In this document: piece by piece, positions 39,425 through 49,391 of the stretch | Position numbering within the stretch: the first letter of the stretch is position 1 | How the letters are laid out: every line of letters begins with the position of its first letter | Origin: Candidatus Bathyarchaeota archaeon | GTDB taxonomy: Archaea > Thermoproteota > Bathyarchaeia > Bathyarchaeales > Bathycorpusculaceae | Assembly: GCA_963733095.1 (NCBI GenBank) | Contig: CAVTBV010000013.1 | Location: 1-64,000, forward strand | Direction of reading: 5' to 3' | Length of the DNA: 64,000 nucleotides | Position numbers and translations under genes: made by a program | The notes under the pieces: model-generated | Database searches by the model: none | What the model was told of the DNA's origin: nothing | What the model saw: the letters and a program-made list of their open reading frames with translations, nothing else

Positions 39425-39926
39425 ACCCGAAAAAATTCATATACAAATAAAATACAAAGATTTTGAGCAACAGTTTTCCGCTGACCCACAAGAAGCATGG
39501 CTGCTTCTAAACAAGTTCTTCAACAAGATGATTCCCTCTTTTGAAATAGCCCAAAAACTCTGGTTAAACATAGACACTGAGCAGCTTGCCAAAGACTTAA
39601 ACGGCATAGTTGCTTTTTCAAGCGACGGCGTGAGCCTTCTGGTTCCTAAAACCAAGTTAACGGATAATGAAGCTTTGTTGATTTGGCTTGCAGCATATTA
39701 TTTGGGACAAAAGCTAAGCCTACTAAACAATGATTCATTTTCGAAAGATGAGTTGCAGGTTAAGCTAGGTAAAAGTGGTAAAATAACCAGCACGCGACTG
39801 GGCGAACTGGTAAAGAATAATTTTGTAGGCAAGACTTCGGATGAAAAGTTTAGGATAACAACATTTGGAGTTTTGCAGGTTCAAAAAGAGGTTATTCCAA
39901 AAATCAAATTAAAAATGGCTCCATAA
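39414..39926 (+). CDS. Hypothetical protein with C-terminal winged-helix-like domain
   Basis: LTDNEALLIWL...TRLGELVKNN...FRITTFG. Confidence 0.7.
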   Translation: MSAKPEKIHIQIKYKDFEQQFSADPQEAWLLLNKFFNKMIPSFEIAQKLWLNIDTEQLAKDLNGIVAFSSDGVSLLVPKTKLTDNEALLIWLAAYYLGQKLSLLNNDSFSKDELQVKLGKSGKITSTRLGELVKNNFVGKTSDEKFRITTFGVLQVQKEVIPKIKLKMAP

Positions 39927-40016
39927 AATTTCTGGGCGCCCTAACCTGTTTAGGGAATGCTTATTACTTACTGGCTCCAATTTTTTATTGAGGTCTTTCT
40001 GTTGAATTATGCCTTA

Positions 40017-40241
40017 ATGACAATTGTCTTTTCTATCTTGGGCAGTTTAGGACTTAGCCTTACAGCTCTCATTATCTTAGTTATAATCGGCTTGATAATC
40101 GTAATCCTCATCAAACTGTTTCTAGTTCTGATTCCAGCAATTCTTGTAGCCGTTGTGGTGTACTTTTTAACTGGAGATTTGTTCTGGACGGGCATTGCTT
40201 TCCTTGTGATTGCGGCGCTGTCAATACTGGCGAAGTTGTAG
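40017..40241 (+). CDS. Small very hydrophobic membrane protein
   Basis: Almost entirely hydrophobic, 74 aa. Confidence 0.65.
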   Translation: MTIVFSILGSLGLSLTALIILVIIGLIIVILIKLFLVLIPAILVAVVVYFLTGDLFWTGIAFLVIAALSILAKL

Positions 40242-40802
40242 GCTGATTTATTTCTCCCCTACCCTTATTTTCGTTTAAGGAAAAAGGAAAAGACCATCTG
40301 CAAATGAGTGATTGATCTCAGTTTACCCTTCTGCACCAGTTTATATTTTAATAAAATCCGTAATTTGGAATCATTAATAATTAAGATTCAGCCGCCCATA
40401 GGCTATAGCCACATTCAGAAGCGCGCGCTGGGTCTTTCTTCGTTATTTACTTGTAAGCTATTATAGGCATTGTCTATGCAAGGCATAATCTGTTTTTGAG
40501 GTTGTTTATAACCTTAAAATGGGTCCCTTTTTCGTACACATGGAAATGCGGCTTGAGTTCCATTAACAAAACAGCATATGCAATCAGCACCAACAACAAA
40601 ACACAACGTAAACCGAAAAGACATTAGAATAGTCGTGACATAGCAACCAAACCACAACAACAAGTAGCTCAAAAATCAAGCATTACATTTACTTTTATTA
40701 ACTAAACACTTTTTTGCTATTTGACTATGGATCTCTTTCATAAGGCTTTTATATTTGGTAGGGGGTTCTTGCATATTAACAGGAATGGACAGGGAACCAA
40801 TT

Positions 40803-41051
40803 ATGTCGATGATGGAACCAAGTAAAAAACCATTAAACGTACTCATTAAACAACTGCACGGCAACATCGAAGTTGTTCTGAAAAACGGCTATGAATACAA
40901 GGGAAAAATGATAAAGTGCGATGGGCACATGAACATCCTCTTGGAAGGCGCCACAGAATTCAAAGAAGACCAACTGATGACCAACTATGGTAACGTGTTG
41001 CTTCGAGGAAACAACATACTATACATAATTATGGACGCCAACAAGCACTAA
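40803..41051 (+). CDS. Sm-like (LSm) archaeal protein
   Basis: V.LKNG.EY.G....D.HMN..L and LLRGNNI motifs. Confidence 0.93.
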   Translation: MSMMEPSKKPLNVLIKQLHGNIEVVLKNGYEYKGKMIKCDGHMNILLEGATEFKEDQLMTNYGNVLLRGNNILYIIMDANKH

Positions 41052-41947
41052 AAAACTAAGCTTCTGGCTTCTCCAGTAACATAATTGCAGGCTGCTTGTG
41101 CAGCCAATTCCAGATTAAATTTTCGGCTGAAATAAGTTAGCACATTTTTAATGTCTCTTTCCAGAAGTTCCGCCGCGTTCGCATGATCAGTTTTTACGGC
41201 TTGCGGCCAATCAATAATCAGAATATGGCCATCAGGTTGCAGGATCAAGTTATACTCGCTGATATCTGCGTGAATTAGATGGGCTTTAACATAGGCTTTT
41301 CGTAGGTTTCTTAGAATTTCGCGCAAAACTTTTTCAGGTTTTCCAATATCTTTATATTTGGAAAGTTGGGCTCCTTCAATCATCCCCATAGCTACAACGT
41401 GGCGGTTTTGGCTGATTGGTTCAGGTACTGAAACGCCGTTTTCATAAGCATTTTTCATAGCTTGGAACTCTCTTTCAGCAGCCAGATGCGATTGAAAGAG
41501 CCATGTGGAATGTTCGCGTGTGTAGCCTCGTTTGCGTCTAGTTTGCCGAAAACTAATTCTGCCTAATCGGTGAAATTTGATAGCTAGGCGTTTGCCTTCT
41601 GAGTTTAAGGCGTCATAGACATCGGCTTCTTTTCCAACACCTAATGATTGCCCAAAAGACACTATGACGCCTGCTTTAACAAGTGCATTGATAGCTAAAC
41701 AATCGTACCCCGCGTAGTTTAGGGTGTGTCCGTTGTAGGTTTCTTTAGTTCGAAAGGTTAAGCCCAGCTTGTTTAATTTGCCCAAGGTAAAGTCTATGCG
41801 GTCCATGGGAACTTTGGCGTACCTTTGAATCTGTTCTATCGGGACAAATTCGTGTTTGCTCATACCAGCCTCAATTACATTTAAGATTCGAAAATCTTCA
41901 ATTTCTAACTCTTTGAATACGTGTACAGCTACTTCAGCGCTTGACAT
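41048..41947 (-). CDS. rio2: RIO2 serine/threonine kinase
   Basis: N-terminal wHTH; GVGKEADVY, KFHRLGRISF, HADISEYN and IIDWPQ motifs. Confidence 0.95.
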   Translation of the reverse strand: MSSAEVAVHVFKELEIEDFRILNVIEAGMSKHEFVPIEQIQRYAKVPMDRIDFTLGKLNKLGLTFRTKETYNGHTLNYAGYDCLAINALVKAGVIVSFGQSLGVGKEADVYDALNSEGKRLAIKFHRLGRISFRQTRRKRGYTREHSTWLFQSHLAAEREFQAMKNAYENGVSVPEPISQNRHVVAMGMIEGAQLSKYKDIGKPEKVLREILRNLRKAYVKAHLIHADISEYNLILQPDGHILIIDWPQAVKTDHANAAELLERDIKNVLTYFSRKFNLELAAQAACNYVTGEARSLVF

Positions 41948-42106
41948 ACAACTATTTAATAGATAGATTTTAGCTATTAAAACTAAGTATTCGGTCGCCA
42001 GTTTTTCTGAGCTTGACTTATATGGGAGAAAAGAGTCTTAATGGGCTATGCCAAAGGCGTCCGTAAATAAGATACCAATATCTAGTAAACCGTATGGTTT
42101 TAAAAC

Positions 42107-42844
42107 ATGGCAGTAGAACAGGGAAATGTCTCAAAGATACTTTCAGTCCTTTCGCATCCACTACGAAGGGAAATACTACTAAACCTTAGCAACAATGGCG
42201 AATCTTCCTTTACAGACTTGCTGAATTTGCTGAAGGTAGATACTGGAAAACTTAGTTTTCACCTTCGCTCACTATCACCCTTCATAGAGCAAACTGCCAA
42301 TGGCAAGTACAAACTCAGTAGGGCTGGCGAAAGCGCAGTTCGGGTTATTCACGATGTTGAGGGTTGGGCAGAAGTTGCTGATGTGCAAGGGAAAGCAAGT
42401 TCACTTCCGCTTGCATCTTTTAGGACCAGGGCTTTGGCATTTCTAGTTGATTTTGCGTTGATATTAGCCATTACGATGGCGATTACTTTCCTCCCAGCGG
42501 TGCTTTCTCTTTCAACCACCGATTTTTTGGGCGGAGATAGCGTTAGCTCAGTTATTTTCATAACAGTGGGTCTGCTTTGGCTCTACTCAACTCTGCTTGA
42601 AGGATTTAATGGTCAAAGTATAGGCAAACGGTTCATAGGTTTAAAGGTGGTTAGGACTGATGGAAAAAAAATGTCTTATGACCACGCGGCAGTGAGGAAC
42701 TTTGGGAAAGTTTTACCCTTGCTTCCATTCGACTTGCTTGTAGGATGGACAATAAAAAATAACGCATTCATAAGGTACTTTGACAAGTTTGCAGGAACAA
42801 CCGTGATAGATTTACGTTCGCATGCTCCTGAAAAAACCGTTTAG
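42107..42844 (+). CDS. wHTH-RDD domain membrane protein
   Basis: LSHPLRREIL...LSFHL, then R..AFLVD...GQSIGK RDD motifs. Confidence 0.88.
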   Translation: MAVEQGNVSKILSVLSHPLRREILLNLSNNGESSFTDLLNLLKVDTGKLSFHLRSLSPFIEQTANGKYKLSRAGESAVRVIHDVEGWAEVADVQGKASSLPLASFRTRALAFLVDFALILAITMAITFLPAVLSLSTTDFLGGDSVSSVIFITVGLLWLYSTLLEGFNGQSIGKRFIGLKVVRTDGKKMSYDHAAVRNFGKVLPLLPFDLLVGWTIKNNAFIRYFDKFAGTTVIDLRSHAPEKTV

Positions 42845-42901
42845 TTTTTTTGAGTAAAATCTTATTTGTTGCTTGTGTGTAGCTTCTACGGGAGAAACTG
42901 T

Positions 42902-43366
42902 ATGAGTGACATGGAGCTTAGGGTTTCCAAAATCAAAGACGGAACAGTCATCGACCACATCCGCGGTGGATACGCGTTAGATGTGGTGAAAATCCTAGGC
43001 ATAACTGGAAAAGAAAAAAGAGTAATGACCATCACAATCAACGTTCCCAGCAAACGTTTCGGCGCTAAAGATATTGTTAAGATAGAGGGAAAAGCGCTCA
43101 ACTCGCAGGAAGTTAACAGGATTGCTCTAGTTGCTCCGCATGCGTCAATAAACATAGTTCGAAACTATGCGGTAGTTGAAAAATTGGAGGTAAAACTGCC
43201 TAAAGTCATTGAAAGCATCGTTAAATGCGCAAACCCCTGCTGTATAAGCAACGCCGACGAACCGGTAGTCTCCAAATTCTATGTTATAACAGAGGAACCG
43301 TTACTGCTGAAATGCCACTATTGCGGAGTCACACTGGAGCAAGCAGATGTTCTAAGGCAACTCTAA
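42902..43366 (+). CDS. pyrI: Aspartate carbamoyltransferase regulatory chain
   Basis: IKDGTVIDHI, KDIVKIE, CANPCCIS and CHYC motifs. Confidence 0.96.
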   Translation: MSDMELRVSKIKDGTVIDHIRGGYALDVVKILGITGKEKRVMTITINVPSKRFGAKDIVKIEGKALNSQEVNRIALVAPHASINIVRNYAVVEKLEVKLPKVIESIVKCANPCCISNADEPVVSKFYVITEEPLLLKCHYCGVTLEQADVLRQL

Positions 43367-43788
43367 GGTAACCTTTCCTGAGCCAGCAAAAACAGCGCTT
43401 CAAAATCCTTTCTAGCCACCGTTCTTCCTTTACCAATTCCGGGGCACTCAACTGTAAAATCGAAAACATGATGGTTTTTGTCTGAGTCAAATTTTAATTC
43501 AAATGGATAAAACCTGCAGATTAAGGGTCTAAACTTGTAGATGCTGCATTGGTTGTCTTTTAAAAAGAAGCATTTGCCTTCACCGCTCTTTTTCATCTCA
43601 TAGCAATATGGGTTTTTGTCAGTGATTCGTTTGGTGAAGACTTGTCTGGGCAGGGAAGTCTCTTTTTCAATCGCGTTTGCTTCTTTCTCCAAAACTAGTA
43701 TGTTCCTTGTTTTTTGTTCGGTGTCACCACAGCATAAACCGCATTTGCTGCACTCGAAAAGCACATTATTTGGGCAGGTGAAATCCAA
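43363..43788 (-). CDS. YkgJ-family cysteine cluster protein
   Basis: CSKCGLCC, C.FL...CSIY..RP..CR.YPF. Confidence 0.92.
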   Translation of the reverse strand: MDFTCPNNVLFECSKCGLCCGDTEQKTRNILVLEKEANAIEKETSLPRQVFTKRITDKNPYCYEMKKSGEGKCFFLKDNQCSIYKFRPLICRFYPFELKFDSDKNHHVFDFTVECPGIGKGRTVARKDFEALFLLAQERLP

Positions 43789-43859
43789 TTTGCTTCAACA
43801 AACGATAATCAGAGTCTTGTCAAATAAAACTTTAGTTGTTACTTTCGGTTTTCTTCTGG

Positions 43860-44195
43860 CTACTTTTTTCGGTGTCCTTCACCATACTGGAAAGGCCTTC
43901 CCAAATTTTTCTCAAGCTTCTTCTTGAAAACTTCATCCATATTCATGTTTGGACAAGCTAAACGGCTTGCATCCAAAACATAAAAGATAACGTCAATTAA
44001 TTCCTCTGCAATTTTTTCCTCAGGCAAACCTTTCTTCCATGCATCACTAGCTTCGCCGAGTTCTATGAACGCAAAAAGCAGCTTCTTAGGAATATCCTCC
44101 GGCTTGTTGTAAAAACCTTTAGCTAATACTAAGGCTTCGATTTCCTTCTTCATCTCTTCCAACTGCAACTTACCTACTCTCCTTAGTTCTCTCAA
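43860..44195 (-). CDS. MazG-like nucleotide pyrophosphohydrolase
   Basis: ELGEA...EELIDV motifs. Confidence 0.85.
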   Translation of the reverse strand: MRELRRVGKLQLEEMKKEIEALVLAKGFYNKPEDIPKKLLFAFIELGEASDAWKKGLPEEKIAEELIDVIFYVLDASRLACPNMNMDEVFKKKLEKNLGRPFQYGEGHRKK

Positions 44196-44534
44196 AAACT
44201 ATAATCTCTTATATAAAGCGTCGATTGTCAGTTGCGTTGTCTCTATTTGGTGGATTACTGAGGTGTTTGTTTTTATTAGTAGTTTTGGCAGAAAACTCCG
44301 AATTTAACAGCTGCAGTGGTTCATGGAAAATATTGCGTTGTCATCGCCCTAAGGAAAAGGTTGCTTTCTGGTAGCAAGTATTCACAAGCAATGTGGTTAA
44401 AACTAATGAAACTGCCAAAAGAACGCTGCAAATCCCAAAAACTTGACTCTTACTTCTGACCTTTGCAAGCGAGTTTATTTGATGTGGCTATACAATCGCT
44501 TAAAAGCCGGTTCCTTGCAAGCATATTTTGTCAG

Positions 44535-44681
44535 CTAAAACTCAGAACAACACCTAAATGTGGTTCCACAAGCTCCACATCTGAAAAGTGCTATGCAAAA
44601 AACAGGGTTCTCCAGTTTCTTCACTGGCTTATCGAGCACTTTTCCGCATTTTGGACAGTTAGCTTTATTGCATGAAATCAA
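44535..44681 (-). CDS. 48-aa zinc-ribbon microprotein, Cren7-like
   Basis: MISCNKANCPKCGKVLDKPVKKLENPVFCIALFRCGACGTTFRCCSEF, translated by hand from a TTG start. Confidence 0.6.
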   Translation of the reverse strand: MISCNKANCPKCGKVLDKPVKKLENPVFCIALFRCGACGTTFRCCSEF

Positions 44682-44874
44682 GAAATCAACTTCATATTAC
44701 TGGTAAATGTACTATATATGAAAACTTGTTGTCTCAAACAGGAACAACAACATTCTGTCATCTCGCTTGTAAACCTCAGAAAATAGAAAGCAAAAGCATT
44801 TTTTGTGGTTGTTTGGGTACTCCCACAAATTCTTATTTTCTATCAAATCGGTAAGTATTTGCCGAGAAAATATC

Positions 44875-45006
44875 TGTCGTTTGGCAGGCAAACCTACAGC
44901 CGATCAAGGCTCTGTTTGCCAGTTATGCAATATGGGGCTTAGGCTCCCAAATGTGTATATCTGGGCACCCTTTTACGGCAATTAGGTGCTTGCCAAACGG
45001 CACCTA
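44875..45006 (+). other. Long imperfect stem-loop (candidate structured RNA or MITE-like element)
   Basis: 44875-44896 pairs with 44983-45002 (about 20 bp, 2 G-U). Confidence 0.45.
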
Positions 45007-45046
45007 CTAAAATTAATTCTAAAACTTTTCATGGGAGAGCCCCTTA

Positions 45047-46285
45047 TTATTTTGGCTTAAGAAGGACCGTTGATAAACAGTCCTCTTGAAGATAAGTGTT
45101 GGCAGTGTCCATTATTTCCTCGGTTGAAACAGCTTTGATTTTACCGATGTAATCCACCAATGCTCTTTCGCTTTTGAATTGCCTTTCCATGTAGGCAATA
45201 ATTTCTGAGCATTCATGCGGATTGTCCATTCCTCTGAGGATTTCTGCTAAAATCAGGTTTTTGTTTCTTTCAAGTTCTTCTGTTGGCACGTCGTTTGTTC
45301 TTAGCTTGTATAATTCTTTGAGGATCAAGTCTTTAGCCTTTGACAATTTTTGGTCTTTCACTGCGCAGTTAATGCTGAAGTACCCAAAATCTGTGCCTTT
45401 GTTGTGGTCACAAGTTACGTCGTAGGTTAAAGCGTTCTTTTCCCTCAATTCAACAAAGAGTCTTGAACTAGTGCCTCCGCTGAGTAATGCACTCATCAAA
45501 TCAAGCTTGGGTGAATCTTTATGACTTGAACAAACCGTTCTCGCACCGATGGTCAAATAGGTTTGAGCTATTCCAGGTTTTTTCTCAACAACCATCGATT
45601 CAGGTTTAGCTGTCTCAACAGGAAAATTTTTCTTTGAATACGTCTCCTCAACAGTTCTGTTTTCAAAGTTCTCAAGAACCCTAACTGCCGCGTTTTCAGT
45701 TAAATTGCCCGTTAAAGTTAATATCATGTTTGGGGGAAAATAGTTGGATTTATGAGCATGGTCTAACTGGCTTAAAGTTAATTTTTTTACGGTTTCTGGA
45801 AAGCCTCCGACAGGCCGTTTTACAGGGTGATTTTTGAACAAGGTTTTTAGGAGTAATTCTTCAATTCTTTCTGTTGGATCATCTAAAGCTTCAGAGAGTT
45901 CGTTGAGGATTATTTTTCTTTCTTTTTTGAATTGTTGATCCTCAAAATCCCTGTTAAAGAGCAATTCAGAGATTATACTTGACGCTTCGATTAACTTGTC
46001 AGGTAAAATATCCATCGTGGTCATCATATGTTCGTGGTCTGTGTAAAAATCTAAAATTCCGCCTGAATCCTCGATACTTCTGGAGAGTTGTATACGATTT
46101 TCGGATCCACCCGCAAGCATGTGTTCTATGAAATGGGCAACTCCGGCGAGTTCTGCGGGTTCCTGATTTGAACCATATCCAACTGAGACAGAAAGCTGTG
46201 TAGTGTTCGCGTTTTCCCGGGGAAAGAGCAGCACTGTTAGACCATTCGGAAGGATGTTCCTGCGCCAAAACATGTCAGTAGTCAT
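45047..46285 (-). CDS. M16 family (pitrilysin-like) metallopeptidase
   Basis: GVAHFIEHM (HxxEH) and SSRLFVELREK motifs. Confidence 0.93.
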   Translation of the reverse strand: MTTDMFWRRNILPNGLTVLLFPRENANTTQLSVSVGYGSNQEPAELAGVAHFIEHMLAGGSENRIQLSRSIEDSGGILDFYTDHEHMMTTMDILPDKLIEASSIISELLFNRDFEDQQFKKERKIILNELSEALDDPTERIEELLLKTLFKNHPVKRPVGGFPETVKKLTLSQLDHAHKSNYFPPNMILTLTGNLTENAAVRVLENFENRTVEETYSKKNFPVETAKPESMVVEKKPGIAQTYLTIGARTVCSSHKDSPKLDLMSALLSGGTSSRLFVELREKNALTYDVTCDHNKGTDFGYFSINCAVKDQKLSKAKDLILKELYKLRTNDVPTEELERNKNLILAEILRGMDNPHECSEIIAYMERQFKSERALVDYIGKIKAVSTEEIMDTANTYLQEDCLSTVLLKPK

Positions 46286-46403
46286 ATCCAAAATCAAACA
46301 AGTGCTTCTAAAAAAGATTAACAACCAAACAGCCACTTCGGGAAGGATACAGGGCAATTTTGATTGTGCTAATGCGATGCGTTTCTGATTTGGTTGACAG
46401 TGG

Positions 46404-46760
46404 TTATTGTTTTTGGTTGTGTTCGCCTTCTAAGTGGAAATGGTGCAGGAACCTGTGTATGATTGGAGCGGCAAAAATGCCGATTGCTATTAACTCAATT
46501 AATCCGCAGTACAGTGCGTATATTCCAGCGAACACTTTTCCCGCATCTGTATGCAAGGTGCCAACTGGTCCCATTCCGCCCATAAGCATAGCAGCATTTA
46601 GGAATGAGTCAACCCATGAGTAACCTTCAAACCCATGGTAACCAACCATGCCAATCACCAAAGACACAAGCACCAGACAGAGGGATATCAGTGCGTATTT
46701 GGCGAAACGTTTGAGGAATAGGCGTCTTGGCAAAAGTTTTTCGTGGTGATGCTCAAACAT
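46404..46760 (-). CDS. Two-TM ion-channel-like small membrane protein
   Basis: TM1-GYHGFEGYSWVDSFLNAAMLMGGMGP-TM2. Confidence 0.65.
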   Translation of the reverse strand: MFEHHHEKLLPRRLFLKRFAKYALISLCLVLVSLVIGMVGYHGFEGYSWVDSFLNAAMLMGGMGPVGTLHTDAGKVFAGIYALYCGLIELIAIGIFAAPIIHRFLHHFHLEGEHNQKQ

Positions 46761-46888
46761 TCCTGTTTACCTCTTGCTTAATCTCTAACTGTTAGTTTAC
46801 GTGTGCCTTTATACTTTTCACAAGCAAAAATCATCCTAACCAAACAAACGTTTTAATCTCCAAACGGCATTTCACAAGCTCGATTGAC

Positions 46889-47155
46889 ATGGCCCGAGTA
46901 AAATGTAAAAAATGCGGCAACGTTTTTGAACAAGGTCTTGGCGGAGCAGCCTTGGCGCCGCATATTGGTCCCCTGCACTACGTTAAATGCCCCGCTTGCG
47001 GAAAAAGAAGCTGGCTCAATGTTTACTCATCAGTCAAAGACCCCATCACCTGGCCTCCAGAAGAAGCAAAACAGCAACAGGTTGCTCCACCAGAGCTAAC
47101 CGAGGAAGAACTGGAGAAGAAGCGCATAGAAGAATCCAAGTACGAAAAACTGTGA
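46889..47155 (+). CDS. Zinc-ribbon protein
   Basis: CKKC...CPAC. Confidence 0.8.
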   Translation: MARVKCKKCGNVFEQGLGGAALAPHIGPLHYVKCPACGKRSWLNVYSSVKDPITWPPEEAKQQQVAPPELTEEELEKKRIEESKYEKL

Positions 47156-47209
47156 CATCGTTAAAAGAGATTCTCCATTTGTAAAAGTTCATGAAATGGA
47201 TGTCTTGGA

Positions 47210-47584
47210 ATGGGCCAATTACTCAGCGCATCAATCGGTGGACCATATGTCGAATTGATCCTTGTGGTCGTAGTCTTGGTTTTGGCGATAACTTTTCGGC
47301 TTTACCTGATTAAAAATCCTGGTAGAATGCGTGCGAAATGTAAAAAATGCGGAAATGTATTTGACGCTTCACGTAGCATTTCCATGTTTCATATTGGGCC
47401 TCTCAAACAATTAACGTGCCCCTCATGCGGCAAAACAAGCCTAATGAACACTTATGTGAAAGACCCCCTCACTTGGCCAACTGAAGAAAAAAGGTCGGAA
47501 CCACAAACTGACTATCAATTGACGCCAGAAGAGTTAGAGCAAAAAAGCATCGAAGAATCTAAATATGAAAAGCATAATTTATAG
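47210..47584 (+). CDS. Membrane-anchored zinc-ribbon protein (paralogue of upstream gene)
   Basis: TM helix, CKKC...CPSC, VKDPLTWP, IEESKYEK. Confidence 0.8.
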   Translation: MGQLLSASIGGPYVELILVVVVLVLAITFRLYLIKNPGRMRAKCKKCGNVFDASRSISMFHIGPLKQLTCPSCGKTSLMNTYVKDPLTWPTEEKRSEPQTDYQLTPEELEQKSIEESKYEKHNL

Positions 47585-47602
47585 AAAATCTGAAGGCGCC
47601 AA

Positions 47603-48535
47603 TTGATGATTGACACCCAAAACCTTACCCGAAAATTCGGCAACCTAACAGCCGTAGACAACGTTACCTTGCACGTTGAAGAAGGCGAGGTTTTTGGTTT
47701 TCTCGGTCCCAACGGAGCAGGAAAAACCACCACTGTTAGAATGCTCTGCTGCTTAATCGGCAAAACGAGCGGTGAAGCCAAAATAGGTGACTACTCTGTT
47801 GATAACGAAGATAGCTGTCTTAAAATCCGAAAAATGGTCGGTTTTCTCCCTGAAAGCGTAGGGTTATATGATAGTTTAAGCGCTTATCGGAACCTTGACT
47901 TTTACGGGGAACTCTATGAGGTTCCAGAGCAAAAACGCAAAGAAAACATCGAACATCTCCTTACTCTTCTTGGAATCTGGGAACGTCGAGAAGACGCCGC
48001 GGGCACTTTCAGCAAGGGCATGAAACAGAAACTTGCAATAGCCCGATCTTTAATTCATGACCCCAAGGTCTTGTTTTTGGATGAGCCCACGGCGAACCTT
48101 GATCCTGAAGCCGCTAAGACCGTGAGGGATTTCGTTTTGGAGCTCAAGAAAGAGAAGCGGACAATTTTCATTAACACTCACAACTTGGATGAAGCTGAAC
48201 GTCTCTGCGACCGAATTGCCATCCTGAAAACCAAGCTGGTCGCAGTTGATTCGCCAAAAAATTTGGAGCGAAGCCTCTACAATCGAAAGACGATTGTGCA
48301 TCTGGATCATGTAACAAGTGGTGTTGCGTCGGCTGTAGAAAAATTGGGTTTTGTTAAGAATTTGCGTACCAGCGACAATAAGTTGGTTCTTGATATTGAT
48401 AACCCTGAGAAAGACAACCCTGAGGTTGTAAGAGCCATCGTAGAGGCAGGCGGCAACATACAATACGTCACCGAACTGCGTTCCACACTGGAGGATGTTT
48501 ATCTTAAACTTATTCGGGAGGCTTCCGTTCAATGA
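47603..48535 (+). CDS. ABC-2 type transporter ATP-binding protein
   Basis: GPNGAGKTT, FSKGMKQK and LDEPT motifs. Confidence 0.95.
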   Translation: MMIDTQNLTRKFGNLTAVDNVTLHVEEGEVFGFLGPNGAGKTTTVRMLCCLIGKTSGEAKIGDYSVDNEDSCLKIRKMVGFLPESVGLYDSLSAYRNLDFYGELYEVPEQKRKENIEHLLTLLGIWERREDAAGTFSKGMKQKLAIARSLIHDPKVLFLDEPTANLDPEAAKTVRDFVLELKKEKRTIFINTHNLDEAERLCDRIAILKTKLVAVDSPKNLERSLYNRKTIVHLDHVTSGVASAVEKLGFVKNLRTSDNKLVLDIDNPEKDNPEVVRAIVEAGGNIQYVTELRSTLEDVYLKLIREASVQ

Positions 48536-49293
48536 GACTTTGGAAATCATGGATAGTAACCAGAAAAGACTTGAGCGTTTTCCGAAAGAACAAGTACGTT
48601 CTCTATTCCCTCATTGCTATGCCAATCATAATTGGCGTAGTTTTGCCCATAATTTTTATATTTGCTCTAAACTCAGAAATTGGTTCTGGAACGCTTACTC
48701 ATGACCAAGTTTTGGCTGCCGTAAACCAGATTGTGAGTATAGCAACAATGTACTTTGTTCTCATTCCAGCGGTTCTCCCATCGATCATTGCATCGTACAG
48801 TTTTGTTGGAGAAAAAATCGAGAAAAGCCTCGAACCCCTGCTGGCAACCCCAACCACTGACGGCGAACTGCTGCTCGGCAAAAGCTTAGCTGCTTTTGTT
48901 CCATGCATGGTTGTAACATACGTTGGCGCCGCTATATCCGCGGTAATCGTAGATTTCTGGTCATACACAACCCCCCAAATACACGCCTTCCTAATCCCAA
49001 ATCCCTACTGGCTTCTAGTAATTGGAGTAATAGCGCCCTTGGCCTGCATAATGAGTGTTGAAGCAAACATAATAATTTCTTCCAGAGTAAACGACATACG
49101 CGCTGCCCAGCAGCTTGGAGGTTTAGTTGTTTTGCCATTGATTTTCTTAGTAATCTTCGCTTCAACTAGTGCCCAACTCTCAACGTTGTTGGCTATAGGT
49201 GTTTCAGGTGCCCTGGCAGCGGCAGACATTGCCTTGTTCTACCTCAGCAAAGCCACCTTCCAGAGAGAAGAAATACTGACTAAATGGAAATAA
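48532..49293 (+). CDS. ABC-2 type transporter permease
   Basis: GEKIEKSLEPLLATP; 6 TM helices. Confidence 0.92.
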   Translation: MRLWKSWIVTRKDLSVFRKNKYVLYSLIAMPIIIGVVLPIIFIFALNSEIGSGTLTHDQVLAAVNQIVSIATMYFVLIPAVLPSIIASYSFVGEKIEKSLEPLLATPTTDGELLLGKSLAAFVPCMVVTYVGAAISAVIVDFWSYTTPQIHAFLIPNPYWLLVIGVIAPLACIMSVEANIIISSRVNDIRAAQQLGGLVVLPLIFLVIFASTSAQLSTLLAIGVSGALAAADIALFYLSKATFQREEILTKWK

Positions 49294-49391
49294 AATGGTT
49301 TTTTCTTTAATTTTTAGGTTTTAACTCCAAGTTTTTTCGAAACCCCTTTAAGCCGAACGTATTCTATTGTACGGTTTAAGGTGGCGAGTTC

